A stretch of DNA of 64,000 nucleotides from the human T2T-CHM13v2.0 reference genome, Homo sapiens: assembly GCF_009914755.1 (NCBI RefSeq), contig NC_060931.1, one strand, 5' to 3'. The first letter of the stretch is position 1. Each line of letters opens with the position of its first letter. Below the pieces are notes generated by a model that had not been told where the DNA came from, searched no databases, and saw only the letters and a program-made list of their open reading frames with translations. Positions 39,549 through 52,604 of this stretch are shown here, in pieces. The translations under genes and the position numbers were made by a program.

Positions 39549-39859
39549 TATATCTGTTTTGGAACCAGTACCATGCTGTTTGGGTTACTGTAGTCTTGTA
39601 GTATAGTTTGAAGTCAGGTAGTGTGATGCCTCCAGCTATGTTCTTTTTGCTATAGGGGCTCTTTTTTGGTTCCGTATAAAATTTAAAGTAGTTTTTTCTA
39701 ATTATATCTGTTTTGGTACCAGTACCATGCTGTTTGGGTTATTGTAGCTTTGTAGCACAGTTTGAAGTCAGGTAGCGTGATGCCTCCAGCTTTGTTCTTT
39801 TTGCTATATGGGCTCTTTTTTGGTTCCACATATGAAATTTGAAGTAGTTTTTTTCTAAT
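39549..39859. repeat. 154-bp tandem duplication inside L1 ORF2
   Basis: TATATCTGTTTTGG(A/T)ACCAGTACCATGCTG... starts at 39549 and again at 39703. Confidence 0.92.
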
Positions 39860-41070
39860 TCTATGAAGAAAGTCAATGGTAGCTTGAAGGGGACAGCATT
39901 GAATCTATAAATTACTTTGGGCAGTATGGCCATTTTCACGATATTGATTCTTCCTATCCATAAGCATGGAATGTTTTTCCATTTGTTTGTATCCTCTCTT
40001 ATTTCCTTGAGCAGTGGTTTTTAGTTCTTCTTGAAGAGGTCCTTGACATGCCTTGTAAATTGTATTCCTAGGTATTTTATTCACTTTGTAGCAATTGTGA
40101 ATGAGAGTTCATTCATGATTTGGCTCTCTGTTTGGCTATTATTGGCATATAGGAATGCTTGTGATTTTTACACATTGATTTTGTATCCTGAGACTTTGTT
40201 GAAGGTGCTTATCAACTTAAGAAGATTTTGGGCTGAGACAATGGTGTTTTCTAAATATACAACCATGTCATCTGCAAACAGAGACAATTTGACTTCCTCT
40301 CTTCCTATTTGAATACCCTTTATTTCTTTCTCTTGCCTGATTGCCCTAGCCAGAACTTCCAATACCATGTTGAATAGGGGTGGTGAGAGAAGGCATCCTT
40401 GTCTTGTGCTGGTTTTCAAAGGGAATGCTTCCAGCTTTTGCCCATTCAGTATGATATTGGCTGTAAGTTTGTTATAAATAGCTCTTATTATTTTGAGATA
40501 CGTTCCATCAATACCTAGTTTATCGAGAGTTTTTAGCATGAAGGGGTGTTGAATTTTATCAAAGGCCTTTTCTGCATCTGTTGAGATAATCATGTGTTTT
40601 TTGTCATTGGTTCTGTTTACATGATAAATTACCTTTATTGATTTGTGTATGTTGAACCAGCCTTGCATCGCAGGGATGAAGCCAACTGATCGTGGTGGAT
40701 AAGCTTTTTGATGTGCTGCTGGATTCAGTTTGCCAGTATTTTACTGAGGATTTTCCCATAGATGTTCATCAGGGATATTGGCCTGAAATTTTCTTTTTTT
40801 GTTGTGACTCTACCATGTTTTGGTATCAGGATGATGCTGGCCTCATAAAATGAGTTAGGGAGGAGTGCCTCTTTTTCTATTGTTTGGAATAGTTTCAGAA
40901 GGAATGGTACCAGCTCCTCTGTCTACTTCTGATAGAATTCAGCTGTGAATCTGTCTGGTCCTGGGCCTTTTTTTGGTTGGTAGGCGATTAATTACCGCCT
41001 CAATTTCAGAACTTGTTATTTATCTATTCAGGGATTCGACTTCTTCTTGGTTTAGTCTTGGGAGGGTTTA

Positions 41071-41205
<135 letters not shown>

Positions 41206-42324
41206 TCATTCTTTTTCTCTAACTTCGTCTTCACACTTTATTTCATTAAGTTGATCTTCAATCTCTGATATCCTTTTTCCACTTGATCGCCTCGGCTATT
41301 GATACTTGTTTATGCTTCGCAAAGTTCTCGTGCTGTTTTTCAGCTCCATCAGGTCATTTATGTTCTTCTCTAAACTGGTTATTCTAGTTAGCAATTCCTG
41401 TAACCTTTTTTCAATGTTCTTAGCTTCCTTGCATTGGGTTAGAACATGCTCATTTAGCTCAGAGGAGTTTATTTCCCACCTTCTGAAGCCTACTTCTGTC
41501 AATTCATCAAACTCATTCTCCGTCCAGTTTTGTCCCCTTGCTGGTGAGGAGCTGTGATCCTTTGGAGGAGAAGAGACGTTCTGGTTTTTTGGAATTGTCA
41601 GTCTTTTTATGCTGGTTTTTCCTCATCTTCATGGATTTATCTACCTTTGGTTTTTGATGCTGGTGACTTTCCGATGGGGTTTCTGTGTGGACGTCCTTTT
41701 TGTTGATGTTGATGCTATTCCTTTGTTAGTTAGTTTTCCTTCTAACAGGCCCCTCTGCTGCAGGTCTGCTGGAGTTTGCTGGAGGTCCACTCCCGACCCT
41801 GTTTGCCTGGGTATCACCAACAGAGGCTGTAGAATAGCAAAGATTGCTGCCTATTCCTTCCTCTGGAAGCCTCGTCCCAGAGGGGCACCTGCCAGATGCC
41901 AGCCAGAGCTCTCCTGTATGATGTGTCCGTCGACCCCTGCAGGGAGGTGTCTCCCAGCCAGAAGGCATGGGGGTTAGGGACCCACTTGAGGAGGCTGTCT
42001 GTCCCTTAGCAGTGCTCAAGCGCTGTGTTGGGAGGTCCACGGCTCTCTTCAGAGCTGACAGCCAGGAACACTTGAGTCTGCTGAAGCTGCGTCCGCAGCC
42101 ACCCCTTCCCCCAGGTGCTCTGTCCCAGTGAGATGGGAGTTTTATCTATAAGCCCCTGACTGGGGCTGCTGCCTTTCTTTCAGAGATGCCCTGCCAAGAG
42201 AGGAGGAATCTAGAGACTCGGTCTGGCTACAGCAGCTTTGCCAAGCTGCAGTGGGCTCTGCCCACTTTGAACTTCCTGGTGGCTTTGTTTACTGAGGGGA
42301 AAACCGCCTACTCCAGCCTCAGTA

Positions 42325-42543
42325 ATGGTGGATGCCCCTCCCCACACCAAGCTCAAGCATCCCAGGTTGACTTCAGACTGCTGTGCTGGCAGCGATAATT
42401 TCAGGCCAGTGGATCTTAGCTTGCTGGGCTCTGTGGGGGTGGGATCCACTGAGCAAGACCACTTGGCTCCCTGGCTACAGCCCCCTTTCGATGAGAGTGT
42501 ACGCTTCTGTCTCACTGGCATTCCAGATGCCACTGGGGTATGA
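42325..42543 (+). CDS. L1 ORF0 homolog (antisense ORF in the L1PA7 5'UTR), 72 aa, open; expression unknown
   Basis: MVDAPPHTKLKHPRLTSDCCAGS...GSVGVGSTEQ aligns by eye with L1HS ORF0 MAGAPPPASLPPCSLISDCCASNQRDSVGVGPSEP; ATG in GTAATGG context. Confidence 0.55.
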   Translation: MVDAPPHTKLKHPRLTSDCCAGSDNFRPVDLSLLGSVGVGSTEQDHLAPWLQPPFDESVRFCLTGIPDATGV

Positions 42544-42954
42544 AAAAAAAACTCCTTCGGCTAGCTTGGTGTCTGCCCAAATGGCCACACAGTTTTGTGC
42601 TTGAAACCCAGGGCCCTGGTGGCATAGGCACCCAAGGGAATCTCCTGGTCTGCGGGTTGTGAAGACCGTGGGAAAAGTGTAGTATCTGGGCCAGAGTGCA
42701 CTGTTCCTCATGGCACAGTCCCTCACAGCTTCCCTTAGCTAGGGGAAGGAGTTCCTCGACCCCTTCTACTTCCCAGGTGAGGCAACACCCCACCCTGCTG
42801 CTTACCATCTGTGGGCTGCACCCACTGTCTAACCAGTCCCAATGAGATGAACCAGGTACCTCAGTTGTAAATGCACAAATTACCCACCTTCTGCATTGAT
42901 CTCACTGGGAGCTGCAGACCAGAACTGTTCCTATTCGGCCATCTTGCCCAAGTC

Positions 42955-45490
42955 CAGTCCCTTTACTTTAAGTTTATGAGCGTCCTTATGTGTTAGGTGA
43001 GTCTTTTGGAGGCAGCAGATGGTTGGTGAATTCTTATCCATTTTGCCATTCTGTATCTTTTAAGTGGAGCATTTAGGGCATTTACATTCAATGTTAGTAT
43101 TGAGATGTGAGGTACCATTCTATTCACCATGGTGTTTGTTGCCTGTATAACTTGGTTTTTTAAAAATTACATTCTTGTTTTATAGGTCCTGTGAAATTTG
43201 TGCTTTAAAGAGGTTCTGTTTTGATGTGTTTCCAGAATTTATTTCAAGATTTAGAGCTCCTTTTGGCAGTTCTTATAGTGCTGGATTGGTACTGGCCAAT
43301 TCTCTCAGCATTTGTTTGACTGTATCTTTCCTTCATTTACAAAGCTTAGTTTCACTGAATACAAAATTCTTTGCTGATAATTGTTTTGTTTAAAGAGGCT
43401 GAAGATAAGGCCCCAATCCCTTTTTGTAGGGTTTCCGCTGAGAACTCTGCTGTTAATCTGATCGATTTTCCTTTATAAGTTACCTGGTGATTTTGCCTCA
43501 TAGCTGTTAAGATTCTTTCCTTCGTCTCAACGTTAAGTAACCTGATGACATTGTGCCTAGGTGATTACTTTTTTGTGATGAATTTCCCAGGTGTTCTTTG
43601 AGCTTCTTATATTTGGATAACTAGGTCTCTAGCAAGGCCTGGGAAGTTTTTCTTGATTATTCCCCCAAATATGTTTTCCAAATTTTAGATTTCTCTTCTT
43701 CCTCAAGAATGCTGATTATTCTTAGGTTTGGTCATTTAACATAATCCCAGACTTCTTGGAGGCTTTGTTCATATTTTCTAATTTTTTTTTCTTTGTTGGA
43801 TTGGGTTAATTTAGAGACCTTGTCTTCAAGCTCTGAAGTTCTTTATTCTGCTTGTTTGATTCTAGTGCTAAGACCTTCCAGGGCATTTTGCATTTCTATA
43901 AGTCCATCCATTGTTTCCTGAGGTTTTGATTGTTTTTTATTTATGCTATCTATTTAATTGAAAATTTCTCTCCTCATGTCTTGTATCATTTTTTTGACTT
44001 CCTTAAATTGGGCTTTGCCTTTCCCTGGTGCCTCCCTGATTAGTTCAATAACTAACCTCCTTTTTCAGGTAAATCAGGAATTTCTTCTTGGTTTGAATCC
44101 ATTGCCAGTGAGCTAGTGTGACTTTTTGGGGGTGTTAAAGATGCTTGTTTTGTCACATTACCAGAGTTCGTTTTCTGGTTCTTTCTCATTTGGGTAGCCT
44201 CTGTCAGAGGGAAGATCTGGGGCTCAAGGCTGTTGTTCAGATTTTTTTGTCCCATGGGGTGTTCCCATGATGTAGTACTCTCCTCCTTTTCTTAAGGATG
44301 TGGCTTCCTGAGAGCTGAGCTGTACTCATTGTTATGTCTCTTCTGGACCTAGCCACCCAGCAAGTTCACCAGGCTCTGGGCTGATACTGAAGTTTGTCTG
44401 CACAGAATCCTGTGATGTGAATCGTCTGTGGGTCTCTCAGCCGTGGATACCAGCACCTTCTCTGGTGGAAGTGGCAAGGGAGTGAAATGGACTCTGTGAG
44501 GGTCCTTAACTTTGGTTGCTTAATGCACCATTTTTGTTCTGGTTGGCCTCCTGCTGGGAGGTAGTGCTTTCAAGACAGCATCAGCCATGATAGTATGGGG
44601 AGGAACAGGTGGTGGGTGCCGTCCTAGAACTCCCAAGAGTATATGCCCTTTGTCTTCAGCTACCAGGGTGTGTAGGGAAGGACCATTAGGTGGGTGCAGG
44701 GCTAGGCGTGGCTGCCTCTACTGTGTCATGCAGGTTGTCAGGAAAGTGGGGGAAAGCTGGCAGTCACAGGCCTCACCTAGCTCCCACTCAACCCAAAGGG
44801 CTAGTCTCACTCCCACCATGTGCCTGCCCCCCACCCCCAATAGCAACAAGTCTGTTTCCAAGCAATGGGCAAGCAGGGCTGAGAACTTGTCCCAGGATAC
44901 CTGCCTCCCAGCTGCAAAAGCAAGTAGGGCTTTTGTGCTTCCCCTACCTGTGGATTCTGCACACCGGATTCATACCCTCCCCCAGGTTCTGGCCAGAAGA
45001 CTTCTCAATGGCTTCAAATTGTTACAAAGTTCAGCTGGAGGTTTCCTTCTTCCTGTTCCCTTTTCCCAGTGCCTCTGGCAGCCTGCCTCAAGGACCCCTG
45101 TGAGGCAAGGCAGAAACGACTTGCTAGGGCACCCAGCGAGCCCACAGGGCTTTTCCCGCTGCTTCTTCTACGCCTGTATTTTGCTCAGCTCTCTAAATTG
45201 ACTCAGCTCCGGGTAAGGTCAGAATCTTCTCCCGTGACCTAGACTTTCAGGTTTCCCAGTGAGGGTGTGTGTTCGGAGCAGATGATTCCCCTTTCCTACT
45301 TTCACAGTTTGGGCACTCACAGTATTTGGGGTGTCTCCCGGGTCCTGCAGGAGCAATTCGCTTCCTTCACAGGGTCTGTGGGTTCTCTCAGCTTTCTCGA
45401 TTTATTCCTGCAGTCATTCTGGAGCAGAAGTTCACAACGCGAGCCTCCACATGCTGCTCTGTCCATCCGAGTGGTAGCTGCAATTCCTAC
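42955..45490 (-). mobile_element. L1PB/L1PBa 5' half (5'UTR, ORF1, start of ORF2)
   Basis: CCCTTTACTTTAAGTTTATG...GTGTTAGGTGAGTC ORF2 start; ORF1 N-terminus MRKNQKTNSGN...PPKSHTSS...EEIPDLPEK (44052-44255); L1PB-type 5'UTR. Confidence 0.85.
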
Positions 45491-46736
45491 TTCCACATTC
45501 TCACTTGTCAGATCAAAACTTTTCTTGGGGATCCACAGTTAAGCAGAGCAACAGAACTGGAAACCACTTCTCTGATTTCCAAACTGTATTTCTCCTCTTT
45601 CTTGGCATTCAAGCTTAAAATAAAATTAATTTTTCAGTCATTCATTCACAGTTGAGCACTTTATAAGAAAGTTCTTAGTAAGCATCTATTGTATTATCCC
45701 TAGAAGGACAAATTATTTTATGCTTACACAAAACTTTTTTTTAGAGATGGCAGAATGGGGGGAACAGGTGATGGTAGAGTATAATCCCAGAATAAATCCC
45801 CATGCCCCCTTTTTTCTGGGACTCTGATCATTGGATTTCCACTAGTAGCGGAAAATTATTAAATGATCTGTTCTATGCCAGCTTGGGGAGAGACAGACTC
45901 TGGGGAATCCTAGTCTAAAAAGTGAAAAGGGCAGTTCTTGACTAAGTCATTTGGCCTATCCCAGGTCCCGTGCCAGCTTCCCTTCTACACGTATGTGAGA
46001 TTGATGGTGTAGGTAAACAGCAATCATCATATCCTAACCTGCATGTCTACTTAGGATTCGGCCTGGAATCCAGGAATCACAGAAGAAAGGTAGCTATTGT
46101 ACCACTCTGTGCCTCCTAGCAGGCCTGGGCATGTGCCTAGTGGCCTGTGGGTAATTATTACTCTTTCATGGAGGTGCTAATGTAAACCCTTCTCATTGCC
46201 TGGCAGTCAGGCTTTCCTTGGAATCCAGTGGTCAGGAGGAACTGACACTCATGGAAGATGGCCACACCGGGAGGTAGAACACTGAATTGGAGTCACTGCA
46301 TTCTCAGGGCCTTCATTTCCTTACTTCTAAAAAGAAGAGTCTCCTTGGACTCTTTTATCTTAGCTCATGTAGTCACGAGGAACAAATTTCTAAAGCACTT
46401 ATCTTAAGAGGGGGGTTAATATATAGCTAGACAGAAACTGGAGGTAGAAAGTCAGAGAGTGTGGCGCAACTTCAGGAACCATCCTCAGCATCTATGGCTG
46501 TATCTCCCTCTCTGTCACTGCGTTGGTCTCCTCTCTCTCTCTCTCCTCCAGCTTCCAGGGCTGCCCCCTGCATCTCTTCTGTGCTCAGATAACTCCTGCT
46601 TGAACATGGCTTTCAGTGGCCCTGGCCCTGATTCCAGTACGCTGCTTTGTTTTACTTTGAACTCCACTCACCAACTGATTAGTTCTCTGTGTGTTTCTTA
46701 GTTCCTATTTCCAAGAAAAAACTTTGATTGACCCAC

Positions 46737-47205
46737 TGCTGAGGGTTGAATTGCGTCCTTCAAAAAGATATGTTTAAGTCCTAACCCACAGTACTTGTAT
46801 GTGTGACCTTATTTGGAAACAGAATATTTGCAGATATAATGAAGATCAGGTCATACTAGATAGATTAGAGTGGGCCCTAAATCTAATAAAACTGATGTCC
46901 TTATAAGAAGTGGTCAAATTTTGACACAGAAAAAAAGATGCATAAGGAAAATGCCACATGACAGCAGAAACAGAGATTGGAGTGACGCATTTAAAAGCCA
47001 AGGAAAAAGAATGATTGTTGGCAAACACCAGACACTGAAAGAGGCAAGGAAAGAATCTTCCCTAGAATGTTTTGAGAGAGGATGGTCCTGCTAATACCTC
47101 GATTTCAGACTTCTGGCTTCCAGAACTCTAAGAGAATAAATTTCTGTCATTCTAAGCCCCCCAGTTTGTGGCCATTTGTTACATCAGTCCTAGGAAATTA
47201 ATACA
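46737..47205 (+). mobile_element. MLT1C-like MaLR solo LTR, probably nested in an older MLT1
   Basis: TG...GGGTTGAATTGCGTCC...GTGACCTTATTTGGAAA...GATTTCAGACTTCTGGC.TCCAGAACT..AGAGAATAAATTTCTG...CCTAGGAAATTAATACA. Confidence 0.88.
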
Positions 47206-48101
47206 TGCAGCTTATCTTTCGGTGTCAGGCCAGCCTGGGAACTTGGTCACATAGGGTTGGACACTCACTCTTTACCCACTCAGACATGGCCAAGAGCATT
47301 AGGGCAGTATTTTCCAATCAGGGCCACTTAGGCAGCAACGCTGTAAACAGAGCAGTTTCCTTAGAAGGAGGCCTGAGTGTGGGTAGATGTTTGTTGGTGT
47401 CATCTCTCCATTAGCAACAAGGTGGCTTTTGAGTTACCTTTCATTTCTGCCCAGGACTGTATGCCATCTCTGGCTGTTTCCCATCCCAAGGAACATTTTT
47501 GTTAGCCAATGCATTGTTTTAAATATTAATTATTTTCTCACCTGTGATTCCTCAGAGAGTTTCTTGGAACAAAAGGCTTGTTGGCTACTGTCCAGACCTA
47601 TTCTAGTCCACAGGTGAGCCCAGTGGCAGTGCCACCCACACCAGGCAGCTGCATGAGGAAGAATAGTTCTGGGCCAGCCTTGGAGGCATATTCACCTGGC
47701 ACAGCCAGAGACAACTACATCTTAAGGAGAAATAATGATTTTACACAGAAAATTAAATAGAGCCAACATTCATGCCAAGTGAGGTAAAGAAATGAAGAGA
47801 AGAAGGTCCATGGCCTAAGGGTTTGAGAGCTTGATGGACCCAGGTGCCAAGAATGAGGAAGACAACAGTTTAAAACCAAGACTATAAATTATGAGCATAT
47901 GCATTATTTTCTCTTTCTGCCTAAATGGTGTGTGATTCCAGGGTGGATCTTGTGTATCTCAGCACAGAGTAGACAGCCTAAGACTCTATTCCTATAGATG
48001 CTTTTTTTTTTTTGTGGGGGATTTAACTTCTTCTTAATGAATTAATCATTTTGGTATATTAGAACTCTATATTTATGATGGTAGTCCTGAATATTTGTAT
48101 C

Positions 48102-48689
48102 TTTTTTTAATTGATACATAATAATTGTACCTATTTATGGGGTACATGTGACATTTTGATACATGGAAACCATATACAATGATCAAATCAGGCTAATTAG
48201 GATATCTATTCCCTCAAACATTTGTGATTTCTTTGTGTTGGGAATATTTCAAATCCATAATAATAATTAATAATAAATTATTGTTAACTATAGTCATCCT
48301 ACTGTGCAATAGAACACCTGAACTTATTCCTCCTATCTATAACTTTGTACCTGTTGACCAACCTCTCCTCATCCTCCCTGCCCCCATCCTCCCCAGCCTC
48401 TGGTAGACACTACTGTATTCTCTACTTCTATGAGATCAGCTTTTTTAGATTTCACATATGAGTGAGAACATGCAATATTTATCTTTCTGTACCTGGCTTA
48501 TTTTACGTAACGACCTCCAGTTCCATTCTTGTTGCTGCAAATGACAGCGGCAAGGATTTTATTCTTTTTTTGTGGCTCAATAGTATTCCATTGTGTATAT
48601 ATAACATATTTCCTTTATCTTTTCATCTATTGATGGACACAAGTTGATTCCATATCTTAGCTATTGTGAATAGTGCTGCAATAAACATG
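48102..48689 (-). mobile_element. L1MA (MA4-6-like) 3' end
   Basis: TTTATGGGGTACATGTGA..TTTTGATAC, ATGATCAAATCAGG, TTGTTAACTATAGTCA, CCCCAGCCTCTGGTA, GCTATTGTGAATAGTGCTGCAATAAACATG. Confidence 0.85.
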
Positions 48690-48898
48690 TAGTTCTGAAT
48701 ATATATTCAAGAAACTAATTATTAATTTAGGAACAGAATCATAGACTATAAGGAATTGGCAAGGTTTCCTAGGGTTTCGTTTTGCCACTTTTCTAGATAT
48801 ATGCTTTCTTGTGAATTTAAATATTTTGTTTTCATCAATGTACAAGTAACCTATGTAGTGTAGCGATTCAGGATGAAATCTTATTTTAAAGATTTTTT

Positions 48899-49264
<366 letters not shown>

Positions 49265-49839
49265 TTAGTGCATTTTTTTTTCTTTCCCAGAAACTCCAGC
49301 TTTGCTAAGACTTAGAATTGTCACTTCTTCAGGAAAGCATTGTTTTTCCTCACCCTGGTTCCTCTATTTAAACAACACTCTGTGAAATCTGTCAAATTAT
49401 AGGAATATCTTCCATTGCCTGCTCATACACTCACGAGAAAACCTTGGGAAAGATTCCTACCTGGAGCCAAAGACTCCTTGGCACTCACTTTCAGCGACAA
49501 TTTGTTTATCTGGAAAGCAGGTGGCATTAACCTACCTCTAATTATTGTCTGTGATTCTTAAGCAGGTACCACAAGATCTCTCTACCACCTCCTAGAGATA
49601 GCCGCATATCTACAAAAGATGGGAGATGGTAGATCTGCAAATTTCCTGTTAAGTCCCACTATTTAGAAAGAGTCCTTGCTTCCTTTCAATGTTTTAACTT
49701 TTAAAATATGGGAAAACTGGCTATATGTTGCCCGATAGATTTGCATGATTATGGCCCTTTGGGGAAGGTAATAAGAATGATTGCAGCATTTTTCTTTCTG
49801 CCCTCACCTCCCATGTAGACTTGGTTATGCCCACAGAGA

Positions 49840-50294
49840 TTTGACTATGAGTGGAGGACAACTGTGGCACTTGGGGTTATGAAAATCCATTGTTGATTGT
49901 TAGGCTTGAGCTGCATGTATAAGCCCATGTCTAGGATCTGGCCCATCACTGCACTGACTATAATTCTGCCTCCAGTCTACAGAACCTGAGGGTGGCAGAT
50001 GACAGCAGGTGTGTTCCATCATTGGCACCCACACTCCACACCCTCCACAGGCTCTGCACCCGTGTCAGTCAGTTCTCTAGCTATAGCTGTACCTATCTTT
50101 TCCAAGGGCTTTTGAGACCAGTGACCCACAATACCAGTAAGCCCTTCTGATGGAGGTCCTCTCTTGTCTTTGATTTCATCATCATACTCTCTTGGATTGA
50201 TTAAATGAGCAAAGGACATTCCTTGCATGGATGAAACTGGTCCTCTAGCTTTGCCCATGGGTTCTTCTCCTATCCTCCTTATTAGTGGTGGCAT
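49840..50294 (-). pseudogene. Possible decayed ERVL/class III retroviral gag-pro (aspartic protease) remnant
   Basis: ORF 50019-50294 contains ...HWSQK...RELTDTGAE, like the HW...LLDTG(S/A)E layout of ERVL proteases. Confidence 0.4.
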
Positions 50295-51084
50295 GTGGAA
50301 AGAAAAGGTGCAGTTAACATTGAATGAGATGATATTCTAGAAACATAGCAATTACAGCTCAAAGAGTTCTAGAGAAGACATGATTGGAAGACATGTTGTT
50401 CTACATTTATGGTATAAAATTCCAAGTGATAAATTTAACATAACCAGAAAATGAGTTTTCATTCACTTTTTTTCCGCATAATATGGGTAAGACTTGTACC
50501 TGTGGTCATTATCAACAAAGCATGTTAACCTTTAAGAGAGACTTTCAAAGCCAATATTCATGGGCAGCATGATGGATGATGCCATGTCATGAGTAATGAT
50601 GTAACCAATATTACATCAGTGGTATCAGGAAACTGCAGGAGCAAGAATATCTATGAATCTGTATTTGCTTCAATACAAACAAGTTCTGAAGAGCCATAGC
50701 ATTGTAAGAAATTAGCCAGTAGTGGTGCAGGTGACAGTAAAGAACACAAAGAGATGGTTCCTGGACCTGAACAGGTAGAGACATTACAATAAATATTTTT
50801 GTGTGCTGATTGGACAATAAACAAATCTGATAGTATCTCTTTTCTACCTATTACTTTAAATCTTCATTGATAGATAAATAACTACCTCACATGGGTCCAT
50901 GAATTTTATAATATATTTTTAATCAAATTGCTTATATAGACTGGACCTTGCAAAAAAATTTTTGCCTAGGGCCTCACACACCCTGTCTTCATTCATTTTT
51001 CTTGAGAGAAAGAAGTGCAACATCTGCTTTCTAGGAGTAATTCTTTGGGCTATGACCTTGATCTCATACCATCCCTTTACTCAT

Positions 51085-51088
<4 letters not shown>

Positions 51089-51140
<52 letters not shown>
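51089..51140. repeat. (TG)26 microsatellite
   Basis: Perfect dinucleotide run. Confidence 0.97.
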
Positions 51141-51144
<4 letters not shown>

Positions 51145-52604
51145 CTTGGTCTCTCCCTCTCTATTGCTTCTTTTCCTCTTACATTTATGCAAATTCTCCT
51201 TTTTTTCTTGACCTTCCGATTTCAGTGAGCCACCATAAAACGCTCTTTCTTTTCACTATCACACTTATTAAAAGAATAATTCACAGCTTCTTCACCCATC
51301 TGTATTAAGTTCCTGTAATCACAGGTTCTACCTCCATTAATGACCCATTTTCCCTTTCTCTCTTTAGGCTCTGTTCGTGTGTGTTCTTTTATTTACACTT
51401 AATTCAGCATTGACCTCTTTTCTGAACACATTCTGAAGATATGCATTTCCACCTGCCAACCTGACAGCTCCACCCTTATGATCTCATGATTTATTTAAGC
51501 TAAACAAACTTAAAATTAAATCTACCATTGAGCTCCATTTCTTATTACTCCCATCTCCCACCCTCACCTAAAATGCTACTTCTGGCTTTCTTATTTTGAT
51601 GGAGGTTATGGATTTCTTGGGAGCATTTTTTCTACTTCCCTTTTGAGAGCTTTTTTTGTATATGTTTTAGTACTCATTTACTACTCTTCTTTTGCTCTGT
51701 TCTTCACCAAGATGGCTGGCTGATAATATTGATCGTTCATTAATCATCATTTCTGCTTTCTCTATTAGAGATAACGGTGATACAGGAAAAGTTTCCATTG
51801 AATTCTGAGATATGTCTTAAGGAAAACTCATTTAAAAAAAACAGCAAAAAAACCGCACCTTTTAATGTATGTCTCTGTAGTTCAAAATTAACACAGGATT
51901 GAAAGTTGAGGAAATTAAGGAAATCCCCAGAAAATAGGAGGAAAAGATAAAGAAATAAAAATAGGATGAAAAAGGTGAGGAACGTGAGAGAATAATCTAG
52001 GAGTCCATGATATCTCTAACAAGAGAAAAGCGCAGAGGAAACAAAGGGAGGGATACTTAAATGAGGAGATGCAAGACCCTCCTAGGCTAGGAGGTGACCT
52101 CAGGTTTGGGACTATTACCAACAGCTCCCTGAGTGTTGTTGCGCTTCACGTGCCACCTGGATCAATTTAGTCACTTGGCAGATGTCAGTCTCTTTTTAGA
52201 GATTATCTCTAGAATCAAGTAGAGGCAGTTCAGAGTCATTAAGTCAACCACTAAGTCAGAAAACTCACTATGAGATGGTAAAAGAATGAAGACAAATCTC
52301 AGACTAAATCTTCTAAATTTAATGCTATATAATGGCCAAGCAGGCACAAATAGTTCTGCAACAACTTGTTGGAGTTTGGGAGAGGACTTGTTGCTATGCC
52401 TTGAAGAACACTGGCAGCATGGCTAATGAAAGACTCTGAGCCAATGTGACCTTGCAGGATGAGAGGCCTGGTAGGCGACTCAGATGTATGGTGTGGGGAG
52501 GTCATGGGGGAGAATGCAGGCTGCATCTCCCGGGAATCTTCCATTTGGAGCCCATGGGCACACTGCCTCAGATTATGCCCCAATACCACATTATAATGAC
52601 ATTC

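Noticed and set aside
44587-45201. 204-aa ORF as a gene
   Set aside because: Lies antisense in the GC-rich L1PB 5'UTR, where long stop-free frames are common; no known motif
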